Below are positions 17,436-29,789 of a stretch of 64,000 nucleotides of DNA, one piece after another. Source of the DNA: an uncultured Pseudomonadales bacterium (GTDB lineage Bacteria; Patescibacteriota; Microgenomatia; UBA1400; PJMF01). The notes beneath the pieces are model-generated. The model did not search any database and was not told the DNA's origin. It saw only the letters and a program-made list of their open reading frames with translations. The position numbers and the translations under genes were made by a program. How positions within the stretch are numbered: the first letter of the stretch is position 1; each line of letters opens with the position of its first letter. The stretch covers positions 57,718-121,717 of the forward strand of contig CAYOQI010000004.1 in the NCBI GenBank assembly GCA_964406075.1. Direction: 5' to 3'.

Positions 17436-18788
17436 GTGCTAAAGTACCAAAATCTTGCTTTTTTTTCTTACATTGGAAAATATTCTAAAAAATGGGACTA
17501 TGTCTCATTCATTCTGCTTGCAACTTGCCTGTTTCTAGCTCCTAGTAACCTTTTTCTCAAGTTGCTTCCAAACACCGGCTACGTAAACAATCTGCAAATC
17601 GATTATTTGATCCCAAAACTGCATCTCTCTTTCCTTTTCCTCTTACTTTTTGTAATCACAAGACTACCAGTTATACTATTTAAATTTAACAAATCTTCTC
17701 AAGTATTTAAAAAAAATAAGTATTGGCTATTAGGACTGACGACACTTTTCATTCACCAATGCTTTGCCGTCTTCCCTATGGTTGCATTGTGGACCTTTAT
17801 TAGCCTGGTCATTTTTCTGTTATTTTATCGAACTGCTACTCTTTTTTTGGATACACTTTCTGACGCAAAAAAACAGCTCTTTATCTGGGTGCTGTACATT
17901 ACTCTGTTCTTTCAAGCAGGACTCGGAACATTTCAGTTTGTAACCCAACGATCACTTGGAGGATTTTTATTCTTAGGAGAAACAACATTACGCAACCAAC
18001 CGTATTTAGCCCGAGGAGATTTTTACTTCATTGATTCAATTGTAGGAACTAGTTTTGGGCAACGAGTACTCCCTTACGGCACATTACCTCATCCCAATGT
18101 CTTGGCAGGATTTTTGGCTGTAGGAATGGTTGTGCTTTTTTATCGATTAACAATAAATAACTGGCTCAAAAGTTTGTTGATGCTCCCACTACTGGTGACG
18201 TTATTCTTAACACTCTCTATCTCAGCTTGGATGACACTCTTACTCGGTTTGCTATCTCTATATTTCAAAAAAACGGCTCTTTTTCAGAGCAAATCTATCT
18301 GGTTCGCTATTTTAGGAGTCTTTTTTCTGATTCCAGTACTTCTTGGAATTTCTCAGCCAAAGGCTGATCAGCCTTTGGCTGAGAATTTATTTCTGAGGTC
18401 TTGGTCATCTAATACTTCAATCACTCGTCGAGTTATTTTAAATGAAGTTGCTCTTAAAGAACTCGCTTTCCAACCAGTATTTGGAGTGGGATTTAATCAC
18501 TTCACAGTCTTTGTAGAAAGATTCCAACCATCTTCAGAAGTCGTCGCTTTTGTCCAACCAGCGCATCACGTGGGACTCTTGATGTTGGCAGAACTTGGAA
18601 TTCTTGGTACAGGATTAATCTTGAGGTTAATGAAAAAGATAATGAAGCTGGATCGCCAATCAGTCTTGTTTCTGGCTATTTTGTTCTTACCCATTGCTTC
18701 GCTTGATCACTATCTCTTCACCTTAATTCAAGGGTGGTGGCTGGTAGTAATTGCTTGTTTATTTCTCAGTTCTGAGAAGAAAACTTAA
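17436..18788 (+). CDS. O-antigen ligase / Wzy_C-like polytopic membrane protein. The start is uncertain: the ORF track uses GTG at 17436, and there is no nearby in-frame ATG.
   Basis: ~10-12 TM helices with a periplasmic loop region, typical of the O-antigen ligase family. Resembles the N-terminal half of the protein at 60143-62296. Confidence 0.5.
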   Translation: MLKYQNLAFFSYIGKYSKKWDYVSFILLATCLFLAPSNLFLKLLPNTGYVNNLQIDYLIPKLHLSFLFLLLFVITRLPVILFKFNKSSQVFKKNKYWLLGLTTLFIHQCFAVFPMVALWTFISLVIFLLFYRTATLFLDTLSDAKKQLFIWVLYITLFFQAGLGTFQFVTQRSLGGFLFLGETTLRNQPYLARGDFYFIDSIVGTSFGQRVLPYGTLPHPNVLAGFLAVGMVVLFYRLTINNWLKSLLMLPLLVTLFLTLSISAWMTLLLGLLSLYFKKTALFQSKSIWFAILGVFFLIPVLLGISQPKADQPLAENLFLRSWSSNTSITRRVILNEVALKELAFQPVFGVGFNHFTVFVERFQPSSEVVAFVQPAHHVGLLMLAELGILGTGLILRLMKKIMKLDRQSVLFLAILFLPIASLDHYLFTLIQGWWLVVIACLFLSSEKKT

Positions 18789-18791
18789 ACT

Positions 18792-20627
18792 CTACATCTC
18801 CTCAACAGTTTGAATTCCGAGTAAGCGTAACCCTTCACCAATCACTTCTTTCGTGGCTCGAACGATATTTAGACGCAACCAGGTTTGAGGAGTGAGTTCT
18901 TTTTTATCTAACGCTTCTCCCAAAATCGTGTGCTTGTTGTAGAAGGTATTGAAAAGCTGAGCTGTTTGATAAAGATACGTGCAGAGATGATGTGGTTCGT
19001 ACAGATCAGCTGATTGTTCGACTACCTCTCCAAACTGACTTAGTTTTTGAAGTAACTCGATTTCTTCCGGTTGAAGTAACTTTGCTACTTCACGCTCACT
19101 AGAAAAATCATTCAAATCATCAAACCAAGCTTGATTAAGAGATTTTTCTAACTCGATGAATTTCTTGAGCACGCTAATCGTTCGGACATAGACATACTGC
19201 AGATATGGACCGGAGTTGCCTTCCATACTTAAGATTTCATCCCAATCAAATACCACATCGAGATGTGAAGCTCGCTTCAAGTCATTCCATTTTAATGCTC
19301 CAATTGCCACTGCCTGGACTGAGGCATGATTAACTTTTGAACTCTTCTCACTTGAACCTTGAACCTTAAACCTTTCCCCTGCCCTCTTCTTCGCTTCTTC
19401 AATCACATCATTTAGCCAAATTACATTGCCTTTTCGAGTCGACATCTTTACATCTTTAAAACGAAACATGCCATGTTTGACGTGCACTCTCTGCCCTGGC
19501 TTATACCAACCGAGCAACTCTTCAATTTTATACAGTTGTCGAAAATAAAACTCTTGCTCAGCTCCTACTTCATTGATGACCAATACATCCTCACCATACT
19601 GTTTCAATCGGAACTTATCAGTCGCCAAATCACGAGTGGCATAGAGGGTTGAGCCATCTTTTTTGAGAATCATGAGCGGAGCCAACTCTTCGTTAGGGAA
19701 AAAGAATAATTGAGCACCTTCTTTTCCATCCTTGAGGAATTTTGAAGATTTTAACTCAGATACTACCTCTGACATTTTGTCCTCAAAGTATGATTCACCG
19801 TACCCTTTTCCATTATTCTCGGTAAAATGTACATTCAATTGGGCATAGATCCGATCGAACTCTTTCCAAGACCAATCGATGCATTTTTGCCACAATTCTC
19901 GTGCTTCTATATCACCATCTTCCAGCTTTTTAAACCATGCTCGCCCTTCGTCTTCGAATTCAGGATTTTTTTCAGCTTCATCATGAAATTTGATATATAA
20001 ATCAACCAAGTCTTTGACCGGGTTTTCTGATTTTTCTATGGCCTCTAAGTCTCCCCATTTTTTGATTGCCACGATTAACTTCCCAAACTGTGTTCCCCAG
20101 TCACCCAGATGATTGTCTCGAAACACTTGATAACCTGTAGCATCTAATACATTTGCAACCGCATCACCGATGATAGTTGAACGTAGGTGACCAATAGTAA
20201 ATGGCTTAGCAATGTTGGGTGAGGAAAACTCTACGATGACTTTTTTGCCAGCATTTTTCTTTCTCGTCACCTTTCCTTCTTTTTGAATCAACTCGCCCAT
20301 TTCTGCCACATAAAAATCTTTAGACACAAAAAAATTAATGAACCCGGGTCCGGCTACTTGAATATCTGAGATTAGTGATTGGAGGTGGGAACTTTGAATC
20401 TCTTTTTTTAGTTCAACAACTAAAGCTTCAGCAAGTTGTCGTGGATTTTGAAACCTGTTCTCTGATCTCTGATCTTTGATTCCTTGTAGTGCTAAATTTG
20501 TGGTCCAATCTCCAAACCCACTTCGAGTAGGTCGATCAAGTTGAATTTCTAGTTTTTCTGAAAAGCCGAGCGCCGACAAACTGTTTTTAAGTGAGTGAAT
20601 GATGTGGTCTTGAGTTGCAGTAGACAT
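18792..20627 (-). CDS. argS: Arginine--tRNA ligase.
   Basis: Class I HIGH-region PFTIGHLRSTIIGDAV, a C-terminal DALR-type anticodon-binding region, and a length of 611 aa. Confidence 0.9.
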   Translation of the reverse strand: MSTATQDHIIHSLKNSLSALGFSEKLEIQLDRPTRSGFGDWTTNLALQGIKDQRSENRFQNPRQLAEALVVELKKEIQSSHLQSLISDIQVAGPGFINFFVSKDFYVAEMGELIQKEGKVTRKKNAGKKVIVEFSSPNIAKPFTIGHLRSTIIGDAVANVLDATGYQVFRDNHLGDWGTQFGKLIVAIKKWGDLEAIEKSENPVKDLVDLYIKFHDEAEKNPEFEDEGRAWFKKLEDGDIEARELWQKCIDWSWKEFDRIYAQLNVHFTENNGKGYGESYFEDKMSEVVSELKSSKFLKDGKEGAQLFFFPNEELAPLMILKKDGSTLYATRDLATDKFRLKQYGEDVLVINEVGAEQEFYFRQLYKIEELLGWYKPGQRVHVKHGMFRFKDVKMSTRKGNVIWLNDVIEEAKKRAGERFKVQGSSEKSSKVNHASVQAVAIGALKWNDLKRASHLDVVFDWDEILSMEGNSGPYLQYVYVRTISVLKKFIELEKSLNQAWFDDLNDFSSEREVAKLLQPEEIELLQKLSQFGEVVEQSADLYEPHHLCTYLYQTAQLFNTFYNKHTILGEALDKKELTPQTWLRLNIVRATKEVIGEGLRLLGIQTVEEM

Positions 20628-21834
20628 ATGCTTGAGTAAATTAAATTAGTTGTATTGTATACCACCATAGGTTTCTCTTCATCTCAGTAACTTTCTATAT
20701 AAAAACTTGGAAGTTATCACTACTGTAGTTTGTTAACAAATGAGATGAACAAACACTGTTCGCTTTTTATTCGTTCTTTTCACTTATTTACTCTACCCCT
20801 ACTTTTTACTTGAACAGAGCGATTTCTTTTTGTTTCCATTTGATTTTTAATTTCTTTTTAACTAATTATTATTTTAATTAAATAGTAATTTTAAATTGAT
20901 ATTTCCACTCTTTTTAATACAATAAAATGTATTCAATAATTTAAATTAGAAAATATATTCGTGTTTAGTTTGGAGAATGAAAAAAATGACAATTTTGGAG
21001 TTTTTTTTATTATTGAATCTTCACGAAAGTATTTCTCACCGAAAAAACTTCGATGTCCGATTATTTTCAACAAACACAACCAGTGTTTTCTTCACTCGCC
21101 AGGCAATTATCATTTCTCATTGAATATTCTCTCCAGGCGTAAAGTTCTCCACGAGCTACACGCTGAATTCGTTTTAGATTGATTGATCAATGCAATATTG
21201 TTTCTGTATTCTTCGGTTTATTTAACCATCAATTTACAGCAACTTGATCAAGAGAGGACTGATCCAGCAATCTTTTTTACCACACATTTAGTTAGCACTC
21301 GGTAAGAATACTGCTAGTTTTAGCCATTGTGATTTCTCCTCAAGAGGATTGATGTCTACACGTTTCAATATCTTTAAATATTTCAGTGTTTATCATCATA
21401 GAACTCGAGATAATTAGAACTCGAACGATATAACCTTCAAAAATATTCTGAATTAGATGTACATAGTGACATGATCTGTTTATTCAGAGACAAAATCAGG
21501 AAATTAATCTCACAATACTCTCCTGTTTACTCAAGTTCACCTATGTTTGATGTGATCTCTGTTTTCACTACAGATTTCTTAAGTTGTAACTACCATTGCA
21601 GTTGAGAATAAGCTTCATGTTTCCCTCAAGAAAAACCTCTAAGTTCCATTTCATATTACGTCTACTCGAGGGGAAATCTAAAATGAGGAGTGCTACATGT
21701 GCTGACCAACTCATAAAGATGCCGAAATTGGGCAAATGACAGGGTTGGTATCTCTGCACATTTCATAAAAAATTATTGAGGAAGAATGCATTCCAGTGAG
21801 GATTTAAAATCAGTGATGAATGATCTACTTTTTC

Positions 21835-22746
21835 TTACTTTTCTCGAGAAGGTTTGACTTCATACCCTCTTCCATCACTGATAATTTCAATGTGTCCATG
21901 TTGGCTTGTTGTGTATATTTTGATATTTCTATATCGAAGTATATCAATTACTCGAGTGTGAGGATGCCCAAAACTATTGTTTTTGCCCACTCCCATCAAT
22001 GCAGTTTCGGGTCTGGATGCCATGATGAATTCCTCATGTGTTGAGTTTTTAGAGCCGTGGTGGGATACTTTTATTACATCGATGTCCTTTATCACATGCT
22101 CTCTTGTTAGTGATAACTCAATCTCACTACTGATGTCACCAGCAGACAGCATCCTGAACTCCCCATATCCCACATAGCCAGATACAGAAAGGTCATTATC
22201 ATTTTTTTTACCTTTGTTTTTTACCATTCGATTTGGGTCTTGTTCTTGTTCGGTCTTTTTAAAAACAGAAATATCTTCTACCTCTGGCCAGATACTTAGA
22301 AAAGTCACGTCCGTTTCTCCATTTTCAATGGTTATTTTCTTTCCTTGAGTAAGTGTATGAGTCTCTATCTGGTATTTTTTTATTATTTCTTCAATTGCTT
22401 TACTGAGTTCTGTGGGCTCCCATGGTGGATTGCGAAAAATAACACCAACTTTATATGAAGTAACTATCGATTTAATCCCCGCAGCATGATCTGCATCATC
22501 ATGCGTTAATACTATTACTTCAATATTCCTGTCCCAAAATGGCATGAATTCCCCAAGACAGTCCAATACAGCGTCACTTGGTCCGGTATCAATCAATAGT
22601 TGATGAAAATGCAGATTGATAAGTATCGCATCTCCTTGGCCGACATCACACATGACCACATGAAGTTTATCATCAGGCCACTTCCACCAAATTAAAAAAA
22701 ACAGAAGTATTAATCCAATCAATAGTACATACAGAGCCTTTTTCAT
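21835..22746 (-). CDS. ComEC-type metallo-beta-lactamase fold domain protein, encoded separately with its own N-terminal TM anchor.
   Basis: HVVMCDVGQGDAILIN, LLIDTGPSD, VIVLTHDDADHAAG and VSHHGSKNS match the MBL domain that normally forms the C-terminus of ComEC. The N-terminus carries the TM helix LYVLLIGLILLFFLIWW. The start overlaps the ComEC stop (ATGA). Confidence 0.8.
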   Translation of the reverse strand: MKKALYVLLIGLILLFFLIWWKWPDDKLHVVMCDVGQGDAILINLHFHQLLIDTGPSDAVLDCLGEFMPFWDRNIEVIVLTHDDADHAAGIKSIVTSYKVGVIFRNPPWEPTELSKAIEEIIKKYQIETHTLTQGKKITIENGETDVTFLSIWPEVEDISVFKKTEQEQDPNRMVKNKGKKNDNDLSVSGYVGYGEFRMLSAGDISSEIELSLTREHVIKDIDVIKVSHHGSKNSTHEEFIMASRPETALMGVGKNNSFGHPHTRVIDILRYRNIKIYTTSQHGHIEIISDGRGYEVKPSREK

Positions 22747-24254
22747 TTTGGTCTTTTATTAAATTGACGATGAAAGTAGAAAATTGAGAAAATTATTAAT
22801 CCATACACAATCACCATTTGCCTCCCAGTTACTGTAAACACCACACTTGCCCATTTTGGACTGCTAAAAATTTCCACCAACTCAAAAAATACAAATAATA
22901 TTGAATCACAGACCAAACCTAGTGCTTTAGCTAAAAAAGGATGGATAAGCCAAGATCCAACGATGATCACGCCAAAAGCCATCAAAATCGGTATAAATAG
23001 TAGTAAGACTGAGTTAGCTACAACTGAAATGAGGCTTAACCGCTCAAAGTGATACACAATTAAAGGAGTGGTGAGTAGTAATGCTGAAATGGTTGCAAAA
23101 AGATTTTCTTTGATGGAGTCAAAAAGGAACTTGCCATTCAATGACGTTGTTTTAAAGTTGAACTTCGCAAAAAATGTTTCAATGAGTGGTGAGATCCAAA
23201 TTAAACCGGCTGTTGCTAAAACTGAAAGTTGAAACGAGATTTCAAAAAGGAACCATGGATTCCATAATAAGAGTATCAAAATGGTTAACCAGAATGCCCA
23301 ACTCGTTTTTTGTTGACGTCCATATAGTTGTGATATGAGAACCACACTAATCATTAATGTCGCTCTGACAATCGGAGCTGTGAGTCCTCCAATAAATGCA
23401 TAGATCCAAATGAAAATGAGTGCAACAATTCTCCGCATTCTAAAACTGAGAAATAACTGAGTAAGCGAAAGAAGACTTGTGCTTACCACCATGACGTTGT
23501 ATCCTGATGCAACCAAAATATGAGTCATACCTACTATTTGGAATTGATCAGCACGATTTTGAGGCAAATTATCGTCGCCTCCAAAAACGACACCATAAAT
23601 AAAAGCTGCATGGGTCGGTAAAAGACTTTCGTTAAAAATTTTTCGTAACCACGTCTTGTTTTTCTCTCTCCAGGCTAAAAAGTGCCCTTCAACATATAAA
23701 CCCGAATCAGCGGAGTGATTTTTAACTTCAATTTCCTTTGAAATCAATCTAATTTGACACACAAATTTTTCTATCATTTGAGGACTATTACTGCCATCCT
23801 CCAACTCAGTATTTGTACTATTCTTACTACCCATTTTTAGCCTGGTACTATCACTACTGGTTGACGTTATTTCACTTGAGCTAATTGAGTGAAATACATT
23901 CTTTTTTTCTTCTACTTGAACTGTAATCAAGAGATCACTCAAAACTGTTGGATTTTCTAAGTCTTCAGAACTTTGTATCTGATACTGAGGAATTGTAAGG
24001 AACATCGCTCCTTTTCTTACGTAATACCCACCATGCTTACTCTGTTTTAGTTCCGAAGTATTTGCAGTAATCACAAAAGTGCTTCCGATTTCCTTTTCAC
24101 GACAGTATTCAGTTAACTGAATTAGGTGCAATAATATAAAAGATGTAATAAGCATCAATATGGATCTAAATGCATACTTTCGTAACGTGCTTCGTCGTCG
24201 TAATTCGTCCGTGAAATGAGTAACTTCTGGAGTTAATTGCCTTGAATGGCTCAT
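22743..24254 (-). CDS. comEC: ComEC/Rec2 family DNA internalisation channel (competence domain; no fused MBL domain).
   Basis: The polytopic core LPTHAAFIYGVVFGGDDNLPQNRADQFQIVGMTHILVASGYNVMVV resembles the ComEC competence domain. The start overlaps the comEA stop. Confidence 0.75.
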   Translation of the reverse strand: MSHSRQLTPEVTHFTDELRRRSTLRKYAFRSILMLITSFILLHLIQLTEYCREKEIGSTFVITANTSELKQSKHGGYYVRKGAMFLTIPQYQIQSSEDLENPTVLSDLLITVQVEEKKNVFHSISSSEITSTSSDSTRLKMGSKNSTNTELEDGSNSPQMIEKFVCQIRLISKEIEVKNHSADSGLYVEGHFLAWREKNKTWLRKIFNESLLPTHAAFIYGVVFGGDDNLPQNRADQFQIVGMTHILVASGYNVMVVSTSLLSLTQLFLSFRMRRIVALIFIWIYAFIGGLTAPIVRATLMISVVLISQLYGRQQKTSWAFWLTILILLLWNPWFLFEISFQLSVLATAGLIWISPLIETFFAKFNFKTTSLNGKFLFDSIKENLFATISALLLTTPLIVYHFERLSLISVVANSVLLLFIPILMAFGVIIVGSWLIHPFLAKALGLVCDSILFVFFELVEIFSSPKWASVVFTVTGRQMVIVYGLIIFSIFYFHRQFNKRPK

Positions 24255-24865
24255 AAAGAAATCTGGTCTTTAATTTTTTGAAAAATACTTTCAGACAGAA
24301 CTTTCTTAGAAACTAACTCTTCAATCGAAGAATATGGGCGGTTTTCGATAATATTATTCGCTCTCGACTCACCAACACCTTCCAATGTATCAAGTTCCCC
24401 TAGTGTTGCAGAGTTAATACTAATTTTGGAAGAGTTTTTTTGAATAGAGCTCTGACGAGCTGACTCGGAGGAAGATGGAATATAAATTTTCTGTTGATCT
24501 TGAATGACTTCAGCCAAATTGATTTGCTGGGCAATATAAACAGCATCTGCATGAGAATTCCACCCACCAGCAAGTGCAATTGCATCTTTTACTCGACTAC
24601 CTTCAGACAAAGTATATACTCCTGGTTTTTGGACTGCGCCACTTATATCCACTGTTATTTTACTTGTGACTTGAGTGCTTATTTCCTCTTTCACATCTGT
24701 ATCAGTAACAGTAATACTGTCATTCGTTGATCCAACAGCCCTGAGTTGTACAAAACCGAATCCAAATCCGCCTAAGCCAAGCAGGATGAGCAAAAGAGAC
24801 CAGATCGGAGGGAGGGTTGAAAAGAATGAAGAGGACGGATGAACAGAATCACCAGAATCTTCCAT
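24251..24865 (-). CDS. comEA: ComEA competence DNA receptor (membrane-anchored, SLBB plus tandem helix-hairpin-helix).
   Basis: The C-terminus INSATLGELDTLEGVGESRANNIIENRPYSSIEEL is an HhH motif, and there is an N-terminal TM helix. Confidence 0.8.
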   Translation of the reverse strand: MEDSGDSVHPSSSFFSTLPPIWSLLLILLGLGGFGFGFVQLRAVGSTNDSITVTDTDVKEEISTQVTSKITVDISGAVQKPGVYTLSEGSRVKDAIALAGGWNSHADAVYIAQQINLAEVIQDQQKIYIPSSSESARQSSIQKNSSKISINSATLGELDTLEGVGESRANNIIENRPYSSIEELVSKKVLSESIFQKIKDQISL

Positions 24866-24903
24866 TCATTCATGAAACAGAATTTACTTACAAAAGTCAA
24901 ACA

Positions 24904-27366
24904 TTAATTCACAACAATGCTTAAGATCTTATTGGGAATATAGATAATTTTTTGAATATCACCTTCCAGCCACTTTACTAACTTGTCATCACCTTTTGCT
25001 TTCTCCAAGATCAATTCTTGAGTCAAAGACTCACTGGTATTGATCTCTAAAGCGCCACGAATTTTCCCGTTTATTTGAACTGCTACTCTAGCCGTATCTA
25101 ATGAAAGTAAACCCTGGTCAGCTTGTGGCCAAACACCTAAGTGAATTGAGCTCGATGCTGGATTGACAGTACGCCAAAGTTCTTCAGCCATAAATGGCGC
25201 GAAGGGTGCCAGCAGTTTTAAAAACATGTTTATCTCGTTTTTAGAGAGTGAGTTTGGGGCTTTTTCCCACTCATTGACGCACTCCATCATCATCGCAATT
25301 GCAGTATTAAATTTGAGCTCTGTAATGTCTTTGGAGACTTTTGCCACTGTTTGATGAAGCTTCCGTACAACCAATTTCTCAGAAGTTTTATCGCTATCTT
25401 CTTGAGAAAGTGTCCAATTTTTAACCAATGAATAGATACGATGGAGAAAACGATATATACCAACCACTGAGCTCGTACTCCATGGTTTATCGGCCTCGAT
25501 TGGCCCCATAAACATCTCATACACCCGTAAAGTATCTGCTCCATACTTCTCGATAATCTCGTCTGGATTGATAACATTTCCTTTACTCTTACTCATCTTC
25601 TTTCCATCTGGACCTAAGATCATTCCTTGATGTCGCATCTTCATAAATGGTTCATCAAACTCTAGGTATCCTTCATCTCTGAGGAACTTGGTAAAAAATC
25701 TCGAGTAGAGTAAGTGAAGCACGATATGCTCTGGGCCAATCATGTAGAGATCAACTGGCAACCACTTTTTAATTTGATCAGAAGAAGAAAATTCTTGAGT
25801 ATTTCGTGAATCGACATACCTCAAGAAGTACCAAGATGAATCCACAAAAGTGTCCATCGTGTCGTACTCTGGTCTCCACCCTTTTCCATAGAGTTTTTCA
25901 GTTCTTTCAATAAATTCCTTCGAGTACGTTAATGGCGACTCCCCGGTTGGTTTAAACTCAACATCTGTGGGTAATAACCACGGTAAATGTTCTTCTTTGA
26001 CTGGATGTGGATTCCCCTCAGGGTCATAAACGACTGGGATTGGAGCACCCCAGTATCGCTGTCGAGAGATCAGCCAATCACGAAGTTTGTAAGTTGTTTG
26101 CCAAGAAGCATAACCGCTTGAAATCATCCACTCGGCCATTTCCTGCTTCCCTTCTTTCCATGCACTCTTCCCATCAAATTGAGCTGAGTTGATTAGTGTT
26201 CCTTCTCCCTCTGCAGACTTCTCTCCACTCGAGATCGCCTGATTGAGTTCTTTATCGTCATATGCAACAACTTGGAGAATATCGAGTTCATATTTTTTTG
26301 CAAATTCAAAATCTCGGCCATCATGGGCAGGTACACCCATAACGATAGCTGTTCCAACTCCCATTAAGACATAATCCGCAATAAACAAAGGGACGACTTT
26401 CCCATTCACTGGATTCACGACAGTTAAGCCAGTATCTACTCCAGATTTATCTTTATTTATTTTTCGTTCTTCCTCAGTTTTTTTCTTACTTTGACTTAAA
26501 TACTTCAGCACTGATGCTTTCCGTTGAGGCTTAACTTGATCCAACAGGCTCATCTGCTCAAACTGCTCTGGAGCAATAACAAGAAAGGTCACACCAAATA
26601 TAGTTTCCCAAAATTTAGTCCAAACCGTTAACTTCTCTTTTTCAGGCGTGTTTAATTGAAAATCGATGGCTAACCCCTTTGATTTACCAATCCAATTTAA
26701 TTGTTGCATTTTTGTTGCATTCGGCCAATCTACTTGATCAAGTCCGGAAATCAATTCATCTTGATACTTAGTAATCTTAAAAAACCATTGCTTCATGTCC
26801 TTCTGAATCACTTGACTTCCACATCGCTCACAATTGCCATTGACTACCTGCTCATTAGCCAAGACGGTTTGGCAAGAGGGACACCAATTTACCATCCCAG
26901 TTCCTTGATAGGCTAAGTCTTTTTTATACATTTGTAAAAATAACCATTGAGTCCACTTATAATACTCGGGGTGATTCGTGGCGAGTTCATTCGCCCAGTC
27001 GTAAGAAATTCCAATTCTTTTAATCTGTCGACGAAAAGTATTTATCGCATCCTTTGTGGTTTTTACCGGAGGGATTCCAGTTTTTATCGCATAGTTTTCC
27101 GCTGGCAAACCAAAGGCATCCCAGCCCACAGGGAAAAATACATCCTTCCCATTCATCCGATAATACCTCGCAAGAATGTCTAAAGCTGTTTTTGACTCAA
27201 CGTGACCGACATGTAAACCGGCTCCTGATGGATACGCAAATGCAAAAAGCAAATAGATCTTGTCTTTTATGGATGGCTTGGCTGAGTCTTGAAAGAAACC
27301 TTCTTTTTCCCAAGATTTCTGCCATTTTTCTTCTATCCTGATGTGATCATACATTGGTCGTGTCAT
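24904..27366 (-). CDS. leuS: Leucine--tRNA ligase.
   Basis: HIGH motif (AYPSGAGLHVGHV), KMSKSKGN, and a CP1 editing domain. 820 aa. Confidence 0.95.
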   Translation of the reverse strand: MTRPMYDHIRIEEKWQKSWEKEGFFQDSAKPSIKDKIYLLFAFAYPSGAGLHVGHVESKTALDILARYYRMNGKDVFFPVGWDAFGLPAENYAIKTGIPPVKTTKDAINTFRRQIKRIGISYDWANELATNHPEYYKWTQWLFLQMYKKDLAYQGTGMVNWCPSCQTVLANEQVVNGNCERCGSQVIQKDMKQWFFKITKYQDELISGLDQVDWPNATKMQQLNWIGKSKGLAIDFQLNTPEKEKLTVWTKFWETIFGVTFLVIAPEQFEQMSLLDQVKPQRKASVLKYLSQSKKKTEEERKINKDKSGVDTGLTVVNPVNGKVVPLFIADYVLMGVGTAIVMGVPAHDGRDFEFAKKYELDILQVVAYDDKELNQAISSGEKSAEGEGTLINSAQFDGKSAWKEGKQEMAEWMISSGYASWQTTYKLRDWLISRQRYWGAPIPVVYDPEGNPHPVKEEHLPWLLPTDVEFKPTGESPLTYSKEFIERTEKLYGKGWRPEYDTMDTFVDSSWYFLRYVDSRNTQEFSSSDQIKKWLPVDLYMIGPEHIVLHLLYSRFFTKFLRDEGYLEFDEPFMKMRHQGMILGPDGKKMSKSKGNVINPDEIIEKYGADTLRVYEMFMGPIEADKPWSTSSVVGIYRFLHRIYSLVKNWTLSQEDSDKTSEKLVVRKLHQTVAKVSKDITELKFNTAIAMMMECVNEWEKAPNSLSKNEINMFLKLLAPFAPFMAEELWRTVNPASSSIHLGVWPQADQGLLSLDTARVAVQINGKIRGALEINTSESLTQELILEKAKGDDKLVKWLEGDIQKIIYIPNKILSIVVN

Positions 27367-27947
27367 ATGTTGCCTTTATAAACAAAAAATCCCTCTAAGG
27401 GGATCTTTAAACATCTACTTATCCCCTGTTCTTAATTGTTAGGAAGAAGAAGCTGTTGATAAGAATGAATCATATTCATAACTTTGAGAAGTATATCACA
27501 TGCACAATAGGACATAGTAACCTTAATCTGAGATAAAAACCTTTTCACCAGAGTATTTTCCGAACCATATATAAATTACAGAGATATTAACTCACATTCA
27601 CCGCATAATTACCTCATAGCCTGTATAACTATCAACGCAGTACTCTTATTTTTACTATAAAGATCTCTTAGTACTACTATATATAGCTATATGCTCGTGT
27701 TCACATACTTTCACCAAGTGCCTGAGAAGATTCTTGCTAATTTTTTCACGAATAGATCGCGTCAATCGAAAATGATGCTGTTTTATACATATTGATATAC
27801 TTAGATGCATTTAGTTTTGATACGAAAATGACGCGACATTATCGCTCTGCAGTCAAGTTACCAGACAAGAAATTGTTTTCACTTCGAGATCGAAGTCATT
27901 GAATACCGCAAAATACAAAAGAATGTTAGGCAATTGAGGAGGATTTG

Positions 27948-27973
27948 GAAAAAATAAAGGTTTTATAAAAACC
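27948..27973 (-). terminator. Weak candidate terminator after atpC (minus strand).
   Basis: On the minus strand GGTTTT-TATA-AAACC is followed by TTTATTTTTT. The stem is mostly AT, hence the low confidence. Confidence 0.3.
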
Positions 27974-28080
27974 CGTAACTGTAGAAGCCTAAATAGTTAA
28001 AAAGGATTGATCAATAAATATAATTTTGATATGTAAAAAATATAGCAGAACGAGTAAAGTACCGATCGAACTTGAGGGAA

Positions 28081-29789
<1,709 letters not shown>

